The position numbers and the translations under genes were made by a program. From positions 288,001 to 352,000 of the forward strand of contig CP046106.1 of NCBI GenBank assembly GCA_013343275.1: 64,000 bases of DNA, written 5' to 3'. This document shows, piece by piece, positions 18,969 to 27,852 of the stretch. Numbering within the stretch: position 1 is the first letter of the stretch; every line of letters begins with the position of its first letter. The notes below the pieces were generated by a model. That model did not search any database. It saw only the letters and a program-made list of their open reading frames with translations, and was not told where the DNA came from. Origin of the DNA: Candidatus Nanohaloarchaea archaeon (GTDB lineage: Archaea; Nanohalarchaeota; Nanosalinia; Nanosalinales; Nanosalinaceae).

Positions 18969-20317
18969 ATAGAGATTTTCTCAGAAATCAAATCCTCAAT
19001 ACTATCCTCTAACTTGGAGGCCTCCACAATTCTGATAGGGCCGTTCTGCTCTTCCAAGTTCTGAGTATCTCTGCCTTCTTCAAAGTCCTGGACCACGAGA
19101 AGGCCTGATTTCTCTCCGCCGAATACTTCCGGCTTATTCAGGAACTCATCTTCATCCCTCAGGAACGCCAGATATTCCAGGGCCTCTTTGATGCCTCTCT
19201 TGATGGTTTTCTCGTTGGTGGAGTTCTTGACCTCTGCGATGAAGTACTCTCTGTCCTCTGAATCTTTATCGATAATTTCGACCAGTATGACATCAGGCCT
19301 TCCTGTGACTTCTCTTGTATCTTTGTCAAAGTAGTCACTGATGATTTCACGGGACTTTAACTCTACTTCTTCAGGCCTTGAGTAAGGTTCATCGCTGTCT
19401 TTTTCAGGATCGAATTTGAACTCTATATCGAGATCTCGGGCGGAGCTGTCGTGGTATACTGCAATCTCTTTTTCCTCGCTTTCCATTGTGGCGATTCTCT
19501 GTGATCCGCTCTCGATGGTTGCCAGGTTGAAGTCCTCGGATTCTATATTATCTATAGTAGATATGAACCTGAACAGGACGAAGAGTTCGAGAAGGGTTTC
19601 CTCATCATCCGGTGTTATAGCAGTGTCATTGAGTAGTTCTGTGAGTTCATCCTCGTTGCCGTCAAATATCCTGTTTCGCTTGTTCAGTAAGCCGGCCGCT
19701 TCCCTGTAGATCTGCTGCCGGGAATTTTCCGCAGTGTTAAGCATTCTATTGGTTGGTTCGTACTGTTCTGGTTTGCTGATTCTCTTCACGTGGACGTCTC
19801 GCTCGAAAATTCTTTCCATTTCCTCCACGAGATCTTCCTCTTCCTTCCATCTATCGTTCACCCAGGCATAATCCCTCTCAAAGTATTCACGGGCCTCCTG
19901 CAAAGTCTCGTAAATTACCGAGAGCAATCTCTTTAGAACAATATTTTCATCTATGTCGTAATGCTCTGTCCTGTTATCTGTAACAAAAAGAGAGTTATCG
20001 CCGGGATTCCCGGAGTACCTCTCCTTGATGGTTGAAGACCAGTTAATCCTGCCCTCAACCGTCCCTCTCCTGGTCTTGGAGACGTTTTCCGTCTGTGTCT
20101 TGATGCTGCGAATCCTTTCCGGAAGTCTCTGGACAAATTCGACAACCTCAGGTTTCAGGATAAAATGCAGATCCATGAGAAGCTCGTAATCCTCGAATCT
20201 CTCATCGAGGCCTTCATGTTTCAGATCTGCCGCTAACTGATCCTCCGGAAACTCTCCATGCATCACATAGGATACAATATCATCCGTCAGGCCGTCAATC
20301 AGTTCAGTTTTCTTCAT
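18965..20317 (-). CDS. McrC-like PD-(D/E)xK nuclease subunit
   Basis: GRINWSST...DIDENIVLK N-terminal McrC-like region; LLELF; GRPDVILV...IAEVKN; start overlaps the McrB-like gene. Confidence 0.8.
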   Translation of the reverse strand: MKKTELIDGLTDDIVSYVMHGEFPEDQLAADLKHEGLDERFEDYELLMDLHFILKPEVVEFVQRLPERIRSIKTQTENVSKTRRGTVEGRINWSSTIKERYSGNPGDNSLFVTDNRTEHYDIDENIVLKRLLSVIYETLQEAREYFERDYAWVNDRWKEEEDLVEEMERIFERDVHVKRISKPEQYEPTNRMLNTAENSRQQIYREAAGLLNKRNRIFDGNEDELTELLNDTAITPDDEETLLELFVLFRFISTIDNIESEDFNLATIESGSQRIATMESEEKEIAVYHDSSARDLDIEFKFDPEKDSDEPYSRPEEVELKSREIISDYFDKDTREVTGRPDVILVEIIDKDSEDREYFIAEVKNSTNEKTIKRGIKEALEYLAFLRDEDEFLNKPEVFGGEKSGLLVVQDFEEGRDTQNLEEQNGPIRIVEASKLEDSIEDLISEKISI

Positions 20318-22802
20318 CGAACTTTACCTGCAGCATGTCTCGAGCGACATTTCTCAACCTCGTCTCCTCAACGTGTTCGGATTTGGCAATCTCCTTCACG
20401 ATATCTCCATTATTCCTGACTCCCTCCAGCTGCGGGAATACAAAGTTCAACACTGCTTCTGTGCCAGAGGAGCCTTGAGCAACAAAGCTGAGCATATCCT
20501 CTGCGATTGCCGGGCCAATCTTTCTACCTTCAACTGCATTGTTGGTTCTCTCCCAGATATCGGCGACAGTATCAATATCCTCTCCATCTGCATTAATTTC
20601 CCATTTTTCATCGTAGCTGCGAAGTAGCTCATTATCGATATCTTCCGGAGCTTCTACACGAATAAAGGCAAATCTTCTCATGAAGGCATAACTCATCTCG
20701 TAGAGGGAAGTTTTGTCGTACGAGTTCATCGTCGCCAGAATCTTCCAGGACTCGGGAACAACGTACTGATTTTCATCAGGCCGCTCTGAAGCATCTTCAT
20801 GCTTACCTGGAATAACCTCGATCTCCTCACCGTTATCAGCTGTGTAAGGCAGCTGGACCTTCTGACCGGAAAGAACCGTGAAAAGCTGTCCAAAGGCCTT
20901 GTCGATATCTGAACGATTGATCTCATCAACCACAAGCAACTCGTTTTTCAGAGCTCTCTCATCATCCTTGAACCTCTTCAGAATCTGACCAGAGTTAAAC
21001 TCGAGATCGCCATCACCTTCCTTCTCAGGCATAAAACCTCCAACAGTATCAAAAGTCGACCAGTCAGCAGTAGCAGTAGTCAACTGATGACCTGTGAAGA
21101 AATCCGTACCCTCTAGTTCCTCGGCAACAGCCTCGGCAATCTCGGTCTTGCCTGTGCCCGGAGGCCCTGTAAAGATAATATGCTTACCCGAGTTAAGCGC
21201 AGCCTCAACCTGCGAAACAATACTCTCTCCCTGCCCATCAGGATAGTAAAGGCCTCTCTCCTCGAGAATGTTTTCTGGGAGATCGATGTCAAGCTTATCT
21301 TCTATCTCAATATCAGTGCTGTGAATCCTGTCAGCGCTCTTACCACTGATAGCTTTAATCTGAGAATCATCTTCTGAACTGTAATCCAGGAAATCTGTCT
21401 CAGGACTTGCAGGCCCTGTCTTTTTCTCCTGCAGGAATTTTCTGACGCTGCCATACCTGTCTCTGATGCTACTAATCCCCTGATCATTCAGGGACTGGAA
21501 ACCCATGAGATTGTAGTTATCGGAGTAGTCTGCCAGATCATTGATTTCGTCCTGTGACAGATCCATCTTGAACGGTTCCTTCAGGTAGATAATATACTTC
21601 CACGGATCACCGTCATCGTCTGGCCATAGCTCTTTTGCAAGTTCAGTATTTGTCTCAGTATCAATAATTTCAGCACCGTAGATGTACTCTCCCTGCCTGT
21701 AGAAGAGCAGGAAATCTCCTGCTTCAATCTTCTTCCAGCTGGACTTGGTTCCCTCACGGTTACCCCATACAGAAACCACGTCATGATCAAAACTCCGATC
21801 AGAGGACTCATTAACCTTTTCAGTCGGAACACGCCGTATAACAGTATCTCTCAAATGTGCGTATGCATCATCATTGCTGCATGGAGCAAGGAAAAGCTGA
21901 GGTTCGTCTTTTTCTGAATAATTTACCTCGTTTTTCACGGAATCACCTGCATTATCTAGAAATAGACTTGATATCTCAGCTATATCTCTTTCCAGCTCGT
22001 CCTCATCCATAGAGCCTGCCTGATATTCTTTGTAATAAACTGTCGCAGGACCGTATTTTTCACCTATTCCACTAGCATCTAATTTGATTGGACCAGGCTT
22101 GAAATCCTCGAGATCATATTTTTCTCTTAACTCTGCACCTTTTTCTTTGAGATCAGAATTATTTCTATTTCCCTGAGCATTTTCTCTTTTGACTCTCTGA
22201 TTTAGAGTGAGATATACTTTATCCTCTTGAGGATCAATTAGAAAAACTGGATTTGTGCCATGTTCTAGGGTCTCGCCATCTCTATTTCTTATACTGATCC
22301 ATGGTATACTCGACCAATTACCTTGACCAGCCGACCCTTCAGTTTCAACGTCGAAACTATTGTAATCAGATGAAACTCTGTTAGCGATATGTTTTAGTAG
22401 TGCAGGACCTTTTTCCTCTATAAGTTTGTAAACTTCTTTCTCGCTATTTAATTTTCCTAAATCTTGGACATCATATTTACTAAGGATTTCTTCTAAGGTG
22501 TCTACGAAAAGCGATGTTGAATAATCTCGTACGTTAAAAAGCTGTATATCCAGATTTTTCAGAAATCTCTCAGCGTCATTTGTCGTGAAATCGCTTTTGG
22601 AGAAGCCTTCACTCTCTATCTTCTCAATATTCTCGAAAACGTCCTTTACAGGTTTCCTTTCTCCATTTAATTCGATGTAATGCCATGGAGAATAATTATA
22701 TTCACTAAATTCGGCCTTGGTTTCGTTAAAAGCATTTTCGACATCTTCAACTGTTATCGTTAACTCGACACCATTAATAGAGCTAGTAAACTCATCCGCC
22801 AT
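20304..22802 (-). CDS. mcrB: McrB-like AAA+ GTPase with multiple N-terminal recognition domains
   Basis: GPPGTGKT, VVDEINR, ATMNSYD (NxxD), AFMRRF; GSAGQGNWSSIPW/VYLTLNQ (DUF3578-like); WG...WKKIEAGDFLLFY (EVE/PUA-like). Confidence 0.9.
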   Translation of the reverse strand: MADEFTSSINGVELTITVEDVENAFNETKAEFSEYNYSPWHYIELNGERKPVKDVFENIEKIESEGFSKSDFTTNDAERFLKNLDIQLFNVRDYSTSLFVDTLEEILSKYDVQDLGKLNSEKEVYKLIEEKGPALLKHIANRVSSDYNSFDVETEGSAGQGNWSSIPWISIRNRDGETLEHGTNPVFLIDPQEDKVYLTLNQRVKRENAQGNRNNSDLKEKGAELREKYDLEDFKPGPIKLDASGIGEKYGPATVYYKEYQAGSMDEDELERDIAEISSLFLDNAGDSVKNEVNYSEKDEPQLFLAPCSNDDAYAHLRDTVIRRVPTEKVNESSDRSFDHDVVSVWGNREGTKSSWKKIEAGDFLLFYRQGEYIYGAEIIDTETNTELAKELWPDDDGDPWKYIIYLKEPFKMDLSQDEINDLADYSDNYNLMGFQSLNDQGISSIRDRYGSVRKFLQEKKTGPASPETDFLDYSSEDDSQIKAISGKSADRIHSTDIEIEDKLDIDLPENILEERGLYYPDGQGESIVSQVEAALNSGKHIIFTGPPGTGKTEIAEAVAEELEGTDFFTGHQLTTATADWSTFDTVGGFMPEKEGDGDLEFNSGQILKRFKDDERALKNELLVVDEINRSDIDKAFGQLFTVLSGQKVQLPYTADNGEEIEVIPGKHEDASERPDENQYVVPESWKILATMNSYDKTSLYEMSYAFMRRFAFIRVEAPEDIDNELLRSYDEKWEINADGEDIDTVADIWERTNNAVEGRKIGPAIAEDMLSFVAQGSSGTEAVLNFVFPQLEGVRNNGDIVKEIAKSEHVEETRLRNVARDMLQVKFDEEN

Positions 22803-22844
22803 AGGATCGTATTGATTACCACAGTTAAGAATTTGTTGAAACGT

Positions 22845-23201
22845 TTAGGATCTCCATTCCTCAAGGCCTTCAGTTATTTCCTCTGCTGTTTCTTCATCAA
22901 ATCTTTCCCTGTTTTCGTCCAGCTTCTCCAGAACTGCCTCTTCAATATCTATGTCCAGTCGCTGGGCCATGCTCAGGGAGTACAGGATTACATCTGCCAG
23001 CTCCTCTCTAACTCCAGCCATTAATTCCTCGTCCTGTTTGATTTTCTTGACAGGTACATTGTCTTTCCACTGGAAGTGCTCCATCAGTTCTGAGGCCTCT
23101 ATGGAAATCGACATGGCGATGTTCTTCGGTTCATGGAACTTCTCCCAGTCACGTTTCTCCTTGAACTCTGCGTATTCCTCCTGAAGTCTGTCAATTCCCA
23201 T
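22845..23201 (-). CDS. MazG-like nucleotide pyrophosphohydrolase (dCTP pyrophosphatase-like)
   Basis: RDWEKFHEPKN, EASELMEHFQW and EELADV. Confidence 0.92.
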   Translation of the reverse strand: MGIDRLQEEYAEFKEKRDWEKFHEPKNIAMSISIEASELMEHFQWKDNVPVKKIKQDEELMAGVREELADVILYSLSMAQRLDIDIEEAVLEKLDENRERFDEETAEEITEGLEEWRS

Positions 23202-23351
23202 ATCTCATTCTTGGTTTCAACTCTTTACTGTTTTACGGAAATCTGGCCAAGATCTGAAAAACTTTCCGAAGTTGTTTGATATGTAGGGATCGAGGTGCAA
23301 GAAGGATTACTGGATGATAGGGTAGAAAGCGGAGAGTATCTAATACTATTT

Positions 23352-24152
23352 TTATGAGAATCTGTCGATGCTTTTCTGCTTTTTAGGGAGCTTGTCTCCC
23401 TTTACGAATCTGTATGCTCTTTCCAGCCAGTAGAGATCTTCTGAAAACTCAAGGTTATCTTCTTTTCTTTGCAGATATTTCACTCTGACACTGAAGGATA
23501 GATATGGCATCAGCATTCCCTGGCTGGGGTTTATCTGCAGCATGACCTCGATATCTACAGGATATCCAGAATGTCTATCTGAATAGTCTAGTTTCAGAAG
23601 TTGTTGTTCTACATCGTAGTTTTTGTCAATGTCTTCTCTTATGTTCTCCATCACACTCGAGTAGGATAGCTTGTCAATCTCTACAGAGCCATTGTTTTTG
23701 TTGTCCTGTAGGCGGACAATTTGCGTTTGTATTCCTTGTTCTTCTGCAAGTTCTTCTCTGTTTGATAGTTTATTCTCTGAGAATCGGAATATGTCATAGT
23801 CGAAAGGTGTTTCATCTTCAAACAGTTCTGTGAATAAGTCTTGGACGGATTTTATTTTGAAAGTTCTATCTCTGGCTATTAGTATTACATTATCCTCAGG
23901 CACTGGCTTGAATAGAAATGTGCTCTTAGTCTTTCTTTCCGTCTCTGAGTCTTCATCTACTCCTAGCATTCTGTTGTATCGTGAAGTTGGTCTAGTTGTT
24001 TTCTTTATCCATGTTAGCGTGAAGCAGTCGTCTTCTTTCTCATTCAAATAGAAGTTATCCTCTTTTTCTTCTGCCTCTCTCTTTATTGAGGACAGCATAC
24101 TATCTATTTCTTCAGTCTTTACTGGAACGGAGTATACATTCAAGCGTTTCAT
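23352..24152 (-). CDS. Hypothetical protein, AT-rich island
   Basis: 266-aa ORF; ATGA overlap with the upstream gene. Confidence 0.75.
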   Translation of the reverse strand: MKRLNVYSVPVKTEEIDSMLSSIKREAEEKEDNFYLNEKEDDCFTLTWIKKTTRPTSRYNRMLGVDEDSETERKTKSTFLFKPVPEDNVILIARDRTFKIKSVQDLFTELFEDETPFDYDIFRFSENKLSNREELAEEQGIQTQIVRLQDNKNNGSVEIDKLSYSSVMENIREDIDKNYDVEQQLLKLDYSDRHSGYPVDIEVMLQINPSQGMLMPYLSFSVRVKYLQRKEDNLEFSEDLYWLERAYRFVKGDKLPKKQKSIDRFS

Positions 24153-25090
24153 TGGGTTGAGAACAAGTATGATTCTACTAACAGTTTTTGGAACGGATTT
24201 TGTAGCCTGTATTTCACTTTTCTGCCCTCTTGTTTTTTACTTATCAGTTCTAAATCTCTTAATTTTGATAAATGTGTCGAGACTGTAGATCTTTTGAGCT
24301 CACTATTGTAGGTAGAATTAATCATTTCTGATATAGTTGGCGCATCAAAGCTTGTTACTCTGTATCTACCAAAATTATTCCTCCACCCTGATGTTAACAC
24401 TTCTAAGATGTTTTCTCTGGTTTCAGATACCTCATCTAAGTCTACTAGGTTATATTCCTTGAAAAATTCTTCTGGCGTATAAATTGATTCCTTTATGATT
24501 TTCTTCAACAGCGGATTATAGTAAAAATGTTTATCTTCCAAGGTTTTTGGCGAGCTAATTACCTCTTCGGCATATTTTTCTAAGTAGAATTGGTGCCCAA
24601 ATTTCAGTCCTAAAAATTCCGAGTAATTCCAGGACTGTAGAATTTTATTTTCCTTGCCGGAGAAATTTTCTATGAGATCTAATACCTTGGTTAGTTCCTC
24701 TTTCCTGAGCAATGAGCAATTCATAATTACGAAGAAGTCGAATTCCTCTTCTCTTTCGAGAATGTTTTCTGGATAGATGATGAAATCTGAGTCTTTAGGC
24801 AAGTTATCGCTACCCTCTTCATTGCGTTTAATTAGTTTCAAGTCGATAAATCCTGCTTTCTCGCCTTCAAGCGCTTCAGAGATTGCTTTATTTTTTCCAA
24901 AACCTTCTGGAGCTGTTATGATGCTCTTTCTGCCACTTTCCAGAGAAGCAATCATCTTTTTTCTGAAAAGCTCTATTTCTTCCTCGTGAAAGTCAGCAGT
25001 GTAGCTATTGTCATAGAATTTCTCCGCATTTTGAGGCACACCATCACTGATCTTGGTATCCAATGCCTCGTAGTCTGTACCGGGTGGCAT
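24149..25090 (-). CDS. P-loop-like domain plus C-terminal wHTH, putative regulator
   Basis: IITAPEGFGKN degenerate Walker A; TISEM...RSTVSTHLSKLRDLELISKKQEGRKVKYRL wHTH. Confidence 0.7.
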   Translation of the reverse strand: MPPGTDYEALDTKISDGVPQNAEKFYDNSYTADFHEEEIELFRKKMIASLESGRKSIITAPEGFGKNKAISEALEGEKAGFIDLKLIKRNEEGSDNLPKDSDFIIYPENILEREEEFDFFVIMNCSLLRKEELTKVLDLIENFSGKENKILQSWNYSEFLGLKFGHQFYLEKYAEEVISSPKTLEDKHFYYNPLLKKIIKESIYTPEEFFKEYNLVDLDEVSETRENILEVLTSGWRNNFGRYRVTSFDAPTISEMINSTYNSELKRSTVSTHLSKLRDLELISKKQEGRKVKYRLQNPFQKLLVESYLFSTQ

Positions 25091-25181
25091 CTGAAATTAA
25101 TTTATCCCCTCTAGTTTAAAATCTTTTAGTCAGATTAGCCAACTTAGTCAGATAAATCTGATTTCCAAAAAGTTTTTAAAT
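25089..25181. promoter_or_regulatory. Divergent promoter with repeated TCAGAT operator-like boxes
   Basis: TTAGTCAGAT at 25126-25135 and 25144-25153; inverted ATCTGA at 25156-25161 and 25089-25094; TTTAAA boxes at ~25115 and ~25175. Confidence 0.6.
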
Positions 25182-25218
25182 AGAAAGGAGTAGTTAGTTG
25201 GTAGGGGCGGAGGAGAAG

Positions 25219-26043
25219 ATGAAATCACGAGACAAAAAAGTTGAAGGAGTTGTCCGTAGAGTACAACCTCAAACTAAGCATGAGGAGTTCATGAGGCACG
25301 GAAACAATCAAGATACAGTCATGATGAAGATTCCTGATGTTGAAACTTTATTGAATGCTAGAGGTCAAACCAGAAAGAGGTATTTCCCTGGTAAATATAC
25401 TGTGATAAGCAGCGGCATAATCAACGATGAGGATCTATCAAAGCTGAGATGGACTCGAGAACTTCTAGCTGTGAAATGTTTCGGCCCTGAGTACCATATT
25501 CCGATAGATTATCCATACTATGGAGACATGCCTGAGAAGGAGAGAAAAGCTAATCTTCGAAAGATGATGAGCGGCGCCAAGTGGATGGCACAACAACTTA
25601 GTAATACAGAAACGGAAATCATCCCTCTGATTAAAGGATACTCCCCTGAAGAGCGTTCGATCTGCTATGAAGCTATTCGTAAAATCAAACCAGAGTACTG
25701 TGCAATATATGGTTCTCAGTACTTCGGGGGTTCGATGGGTAATGGCATCAATAAGCTAAACCGGCACATTAGAGAGATTATATCAGAAGTAGGTATAGAA
25801 AACATCTTACTTATCGGTCCACAGTACAAGAATGGCGTGGAAAAACTCCCTCCAGAAGTGAAAGCGACTGCCGGCCAAAGAAGCTGGATAAAAAAGTCAA
25901 AATTAAGGGAAGTTCCGATTCCTGTAGCTCACAGCAGGTATCTAGACTGGAGGTCTGAAATAGAATCAGCTTTAGGTCAAGGACAGGCAACGATAAAATC
26001 AGCAATTAGACAGAGTAGCAAGGTGGCCGCCCCTGGGAGCTAG
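25219..26043 (+). CDS. TGT (queuine/archaeosine tRNA-guanine transglycosylase)-like TIM-barrel protein, probably catalytically divergent
   Basis: Ordered motifs VISSG, HIPIDYP, IIPLIKG, YCAIYG, ILLIG, TAG..SW parallel TGT DSGG, D-x-P, (V/I)QG, AIGG, H(L)LG, DS..W; GGAGG before the ATG. Confidence 0.55.
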   Translation: MKSRDKKVEGVVRRVQPQTKHEEFMRHGNNQDTVMMKIPDVETLLNARGQTRKRYFPGKYTVISSGIINDEDLSKLRWTRELLAVKCFGPEYHIPIDYPYYGDMPEKERKANLRKMMSGAKWMAQQLSNTETEIIPLIKGYSPEERSICYEAIRKIKPEYCAIYGSQYFGGSMGNGINKLNRHIREIISEVGIENILLIGPQYKNGVEKLPPEVKATAGQRSWIKKSKLREVPIPVAHSRYLDWRSEIESALGQGQATIKSAIRQSSKVAAPGS

Positions 26044-26065
26044 AAGCAGTGAACCTGATGATAAT

Positions 26066-27103
26066 GTGAGACCTAGTAGTGGAGGTAGGCCTCCAGTTGA
26101 TCAGTCACAAACTAGTGTACCAGATCACCAGGATGAAGAAAGAGAACTGGACGAGTCGCATCGCGACTACACAGAAGACGCACAGATTACAGATAGGCAG
26201 AAAAAGGAAATGCATGAAAGACGTGAAAGAGTGGTACAGCATCTTAAGGAAGGAGGCCTACAGATTGAAGATGATCATATTTTTGGTTCTGTAATGCAAG
26301 GGACTATGACAGGACCTCTAGATCAAGATTCTGATGTTGATGTGATGATCGTTCTTGACGCAGATGAACATCGAGAATGGGCTGAAAGCGAAAACGGTCC
26401 TAGAAATGCTTTGAAAGCTGTAAAGAGGCGTCTTGAAAAGAAATATCCTAATCAAGAAGTAAATGTAGACAGAAATGTTGTGGCTGTGAAGTTCAGCGAT
26501 TTTACTGTAGAAGTAGCTCCAGCATTCAGGTATAGTGATGTTCGTGATCCAGAGCATCCATCAGATCCTGTAACGTTGGGAGGTATGGAATTTCCTGCGA
26601 GACCAATAGATGCTGATGATCCTGAGAAAGATGGTTATGTCATTCCCGATACCTATGGAGAAACTAAATGGACGGGGACAAACCCCAGGAAATTTCAGAG
26701 TATGTATAATGCTGTTAATAGAAACCACGGCGGCGATTTACAGAGAGTTGCAGTAGCAGCAAAGAAAGTTAACGAGCAGAACGGCAACCACATCAGCTCC
26801 TACCACGCAGTAATGATGGCTTACAAGTATTTCGAAAAAGATGCTCCTCCCAATGCATCAACGCAGCAGCATATGAACAATTTCTTTAGGAATCTACCCC
26901 GTTATTTGGATGAAGAAACACGAGAACCAGTATATCAGGAAAGACTGGATAAGGGTTTAGATGAAGAGGAGAGAAGAAAAGCGATAAAGATGGCTTACCA
27001 AAAGAGCAGTAAAATTGAAGAAGCTGAGCGATTACAGAAGGAAGGTAAATATGAGAAGGCAAAAGAAAAGTATGAAGAGGTCTATGGAAATGAATTCAAC
27101 TAG
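26066..27103 (+). CDS. SMODS/CD-NTase-family nucleotidyltransferase (true start may be CTG at 26033)
   Basis: FGSVMQGT..PL..DSDVDV, VEVAPAF, IPD...W..TNP and ISSYH motifs. Confidence 0.88.
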   Translation: MRPSSGGRPPVDQSQTSVPDHQDEERELDESHRDYTEDAQITDRQKKEMHERRERVVQHLKEGGLQIEDDHIFGSVMQGTMTGPLDQDSDVDVMIVLDADEHREWAESENGPRNALKAVKRRLEKKYPNQEVNVDRNVVAVKFSDFTVEVAPAFRYSDVRDPEHPSDPVTLGGMEFPARPIDADDPEKDGYVIPDTYGETKWTGTNPRKFQSMYNAVNRNHGGDLQRVAVAAKKVNEQNGNHISSYHAVMMAYKYFEKDAPPNASTQQHMNNFFRNLPRYLDEETREPVYQERLDKGLDEEERRKAIKMAYQKSSKIEEAERLQKEGKYEKAKEKYEEVYGNEFN

Positions 27104-27114
27104 AGGTGTTCTTA

Positions 27115-27687
27115 GTGTCAGAAGATGATTTTGATTACGAAGCTCATGAAAGACTTCGTGAAAGAGTTGCGAATAAAGCTGATAGTGCACTATGGGCTTA
27201 CAAATCACATTACGAAGCAGCTGATTGGTACAGCAGTTTTAGTAAGAAAATTAGCTGGATTACTACAGCTACAGCTGGAATACTAACTGTATCTCTTATT
27301 TGGAGGGTTCTTCCAGACTATGCGCTAGTGCTCTTAGCTATTGCAACAGCTGCACTATCAGGCTACAAAACAGCAGCAAAACCTGAGAAAAAATCCTACG
27401 AACACTACAATGCTGGAGATGCCTATCATCGGCTCTTTATTGACTTCAATGATTTCACCAAATTACAATTAGCAGATGAAAGTTATGGCCTCGAGAACAT
27501 GAAAGAGAGATTTTGGGAATTATCTGATCGCCATCAGAACCTAAACGAAGAAATGCCGAATATTGCAAGCAAATGGTACGAAAGACTTCATGAAGAAGAG
27601 ATAAGATCACAGACACAAACAACTGAAGAAACTAAAAAAGCTTTAACAGGCTGTGCTCGGCTGAAAAATACTGAGGATCAAAAGTGA
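27115..27687 (+). CDS. SLATT-family two-TM effector
   Basis: KSHYEAA..Y, two hydrophobic helices, H..AG..Y..L, and a C-terminal helix with P...W; GAGGTG Shine-Dalgarno before GTG 27115. Confidence 0.82.
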   Translation: MSEDDFDYEAHERLRERVANKADSALWAYKSHYEAADWYSSFSKKISWITTATAGILTVSLIWRVLPDYALVLLAIATAALSGYKTAAKPEKKSYEHYNAGDAYHRLFIDFNDFTKLQLADESYGLENMKERFWELSDRHQNLNEEMPNIASKWYERLHEEEIRSQTQTTEETKKALTGCARLKNTEDQK

Positions 27688-27852
27688 ATAAAGCAGCGAG
27701 AGTTGAAACCAGAGTAACCACAATTAAGTCGCTTATGCCAGATAAGCTCCTGGAAAGATATTTAAGGAAAAGGCCTGCGGTCTGGGGTAAAAATAGTAGT
27801 TTTTGTTGAGCAATTTTCCACAGATAAAAATCTCTCTTTCCATAATTCAAGC

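Noticed and set aside
25219-26043. Housekeeping archaeosine TGT or a DpdA DNA-modification system
   Set aside because: Catalytic Asp motifs, the Zn site and PUA domain were not seen, and there are no dpd or que neighbours in the window
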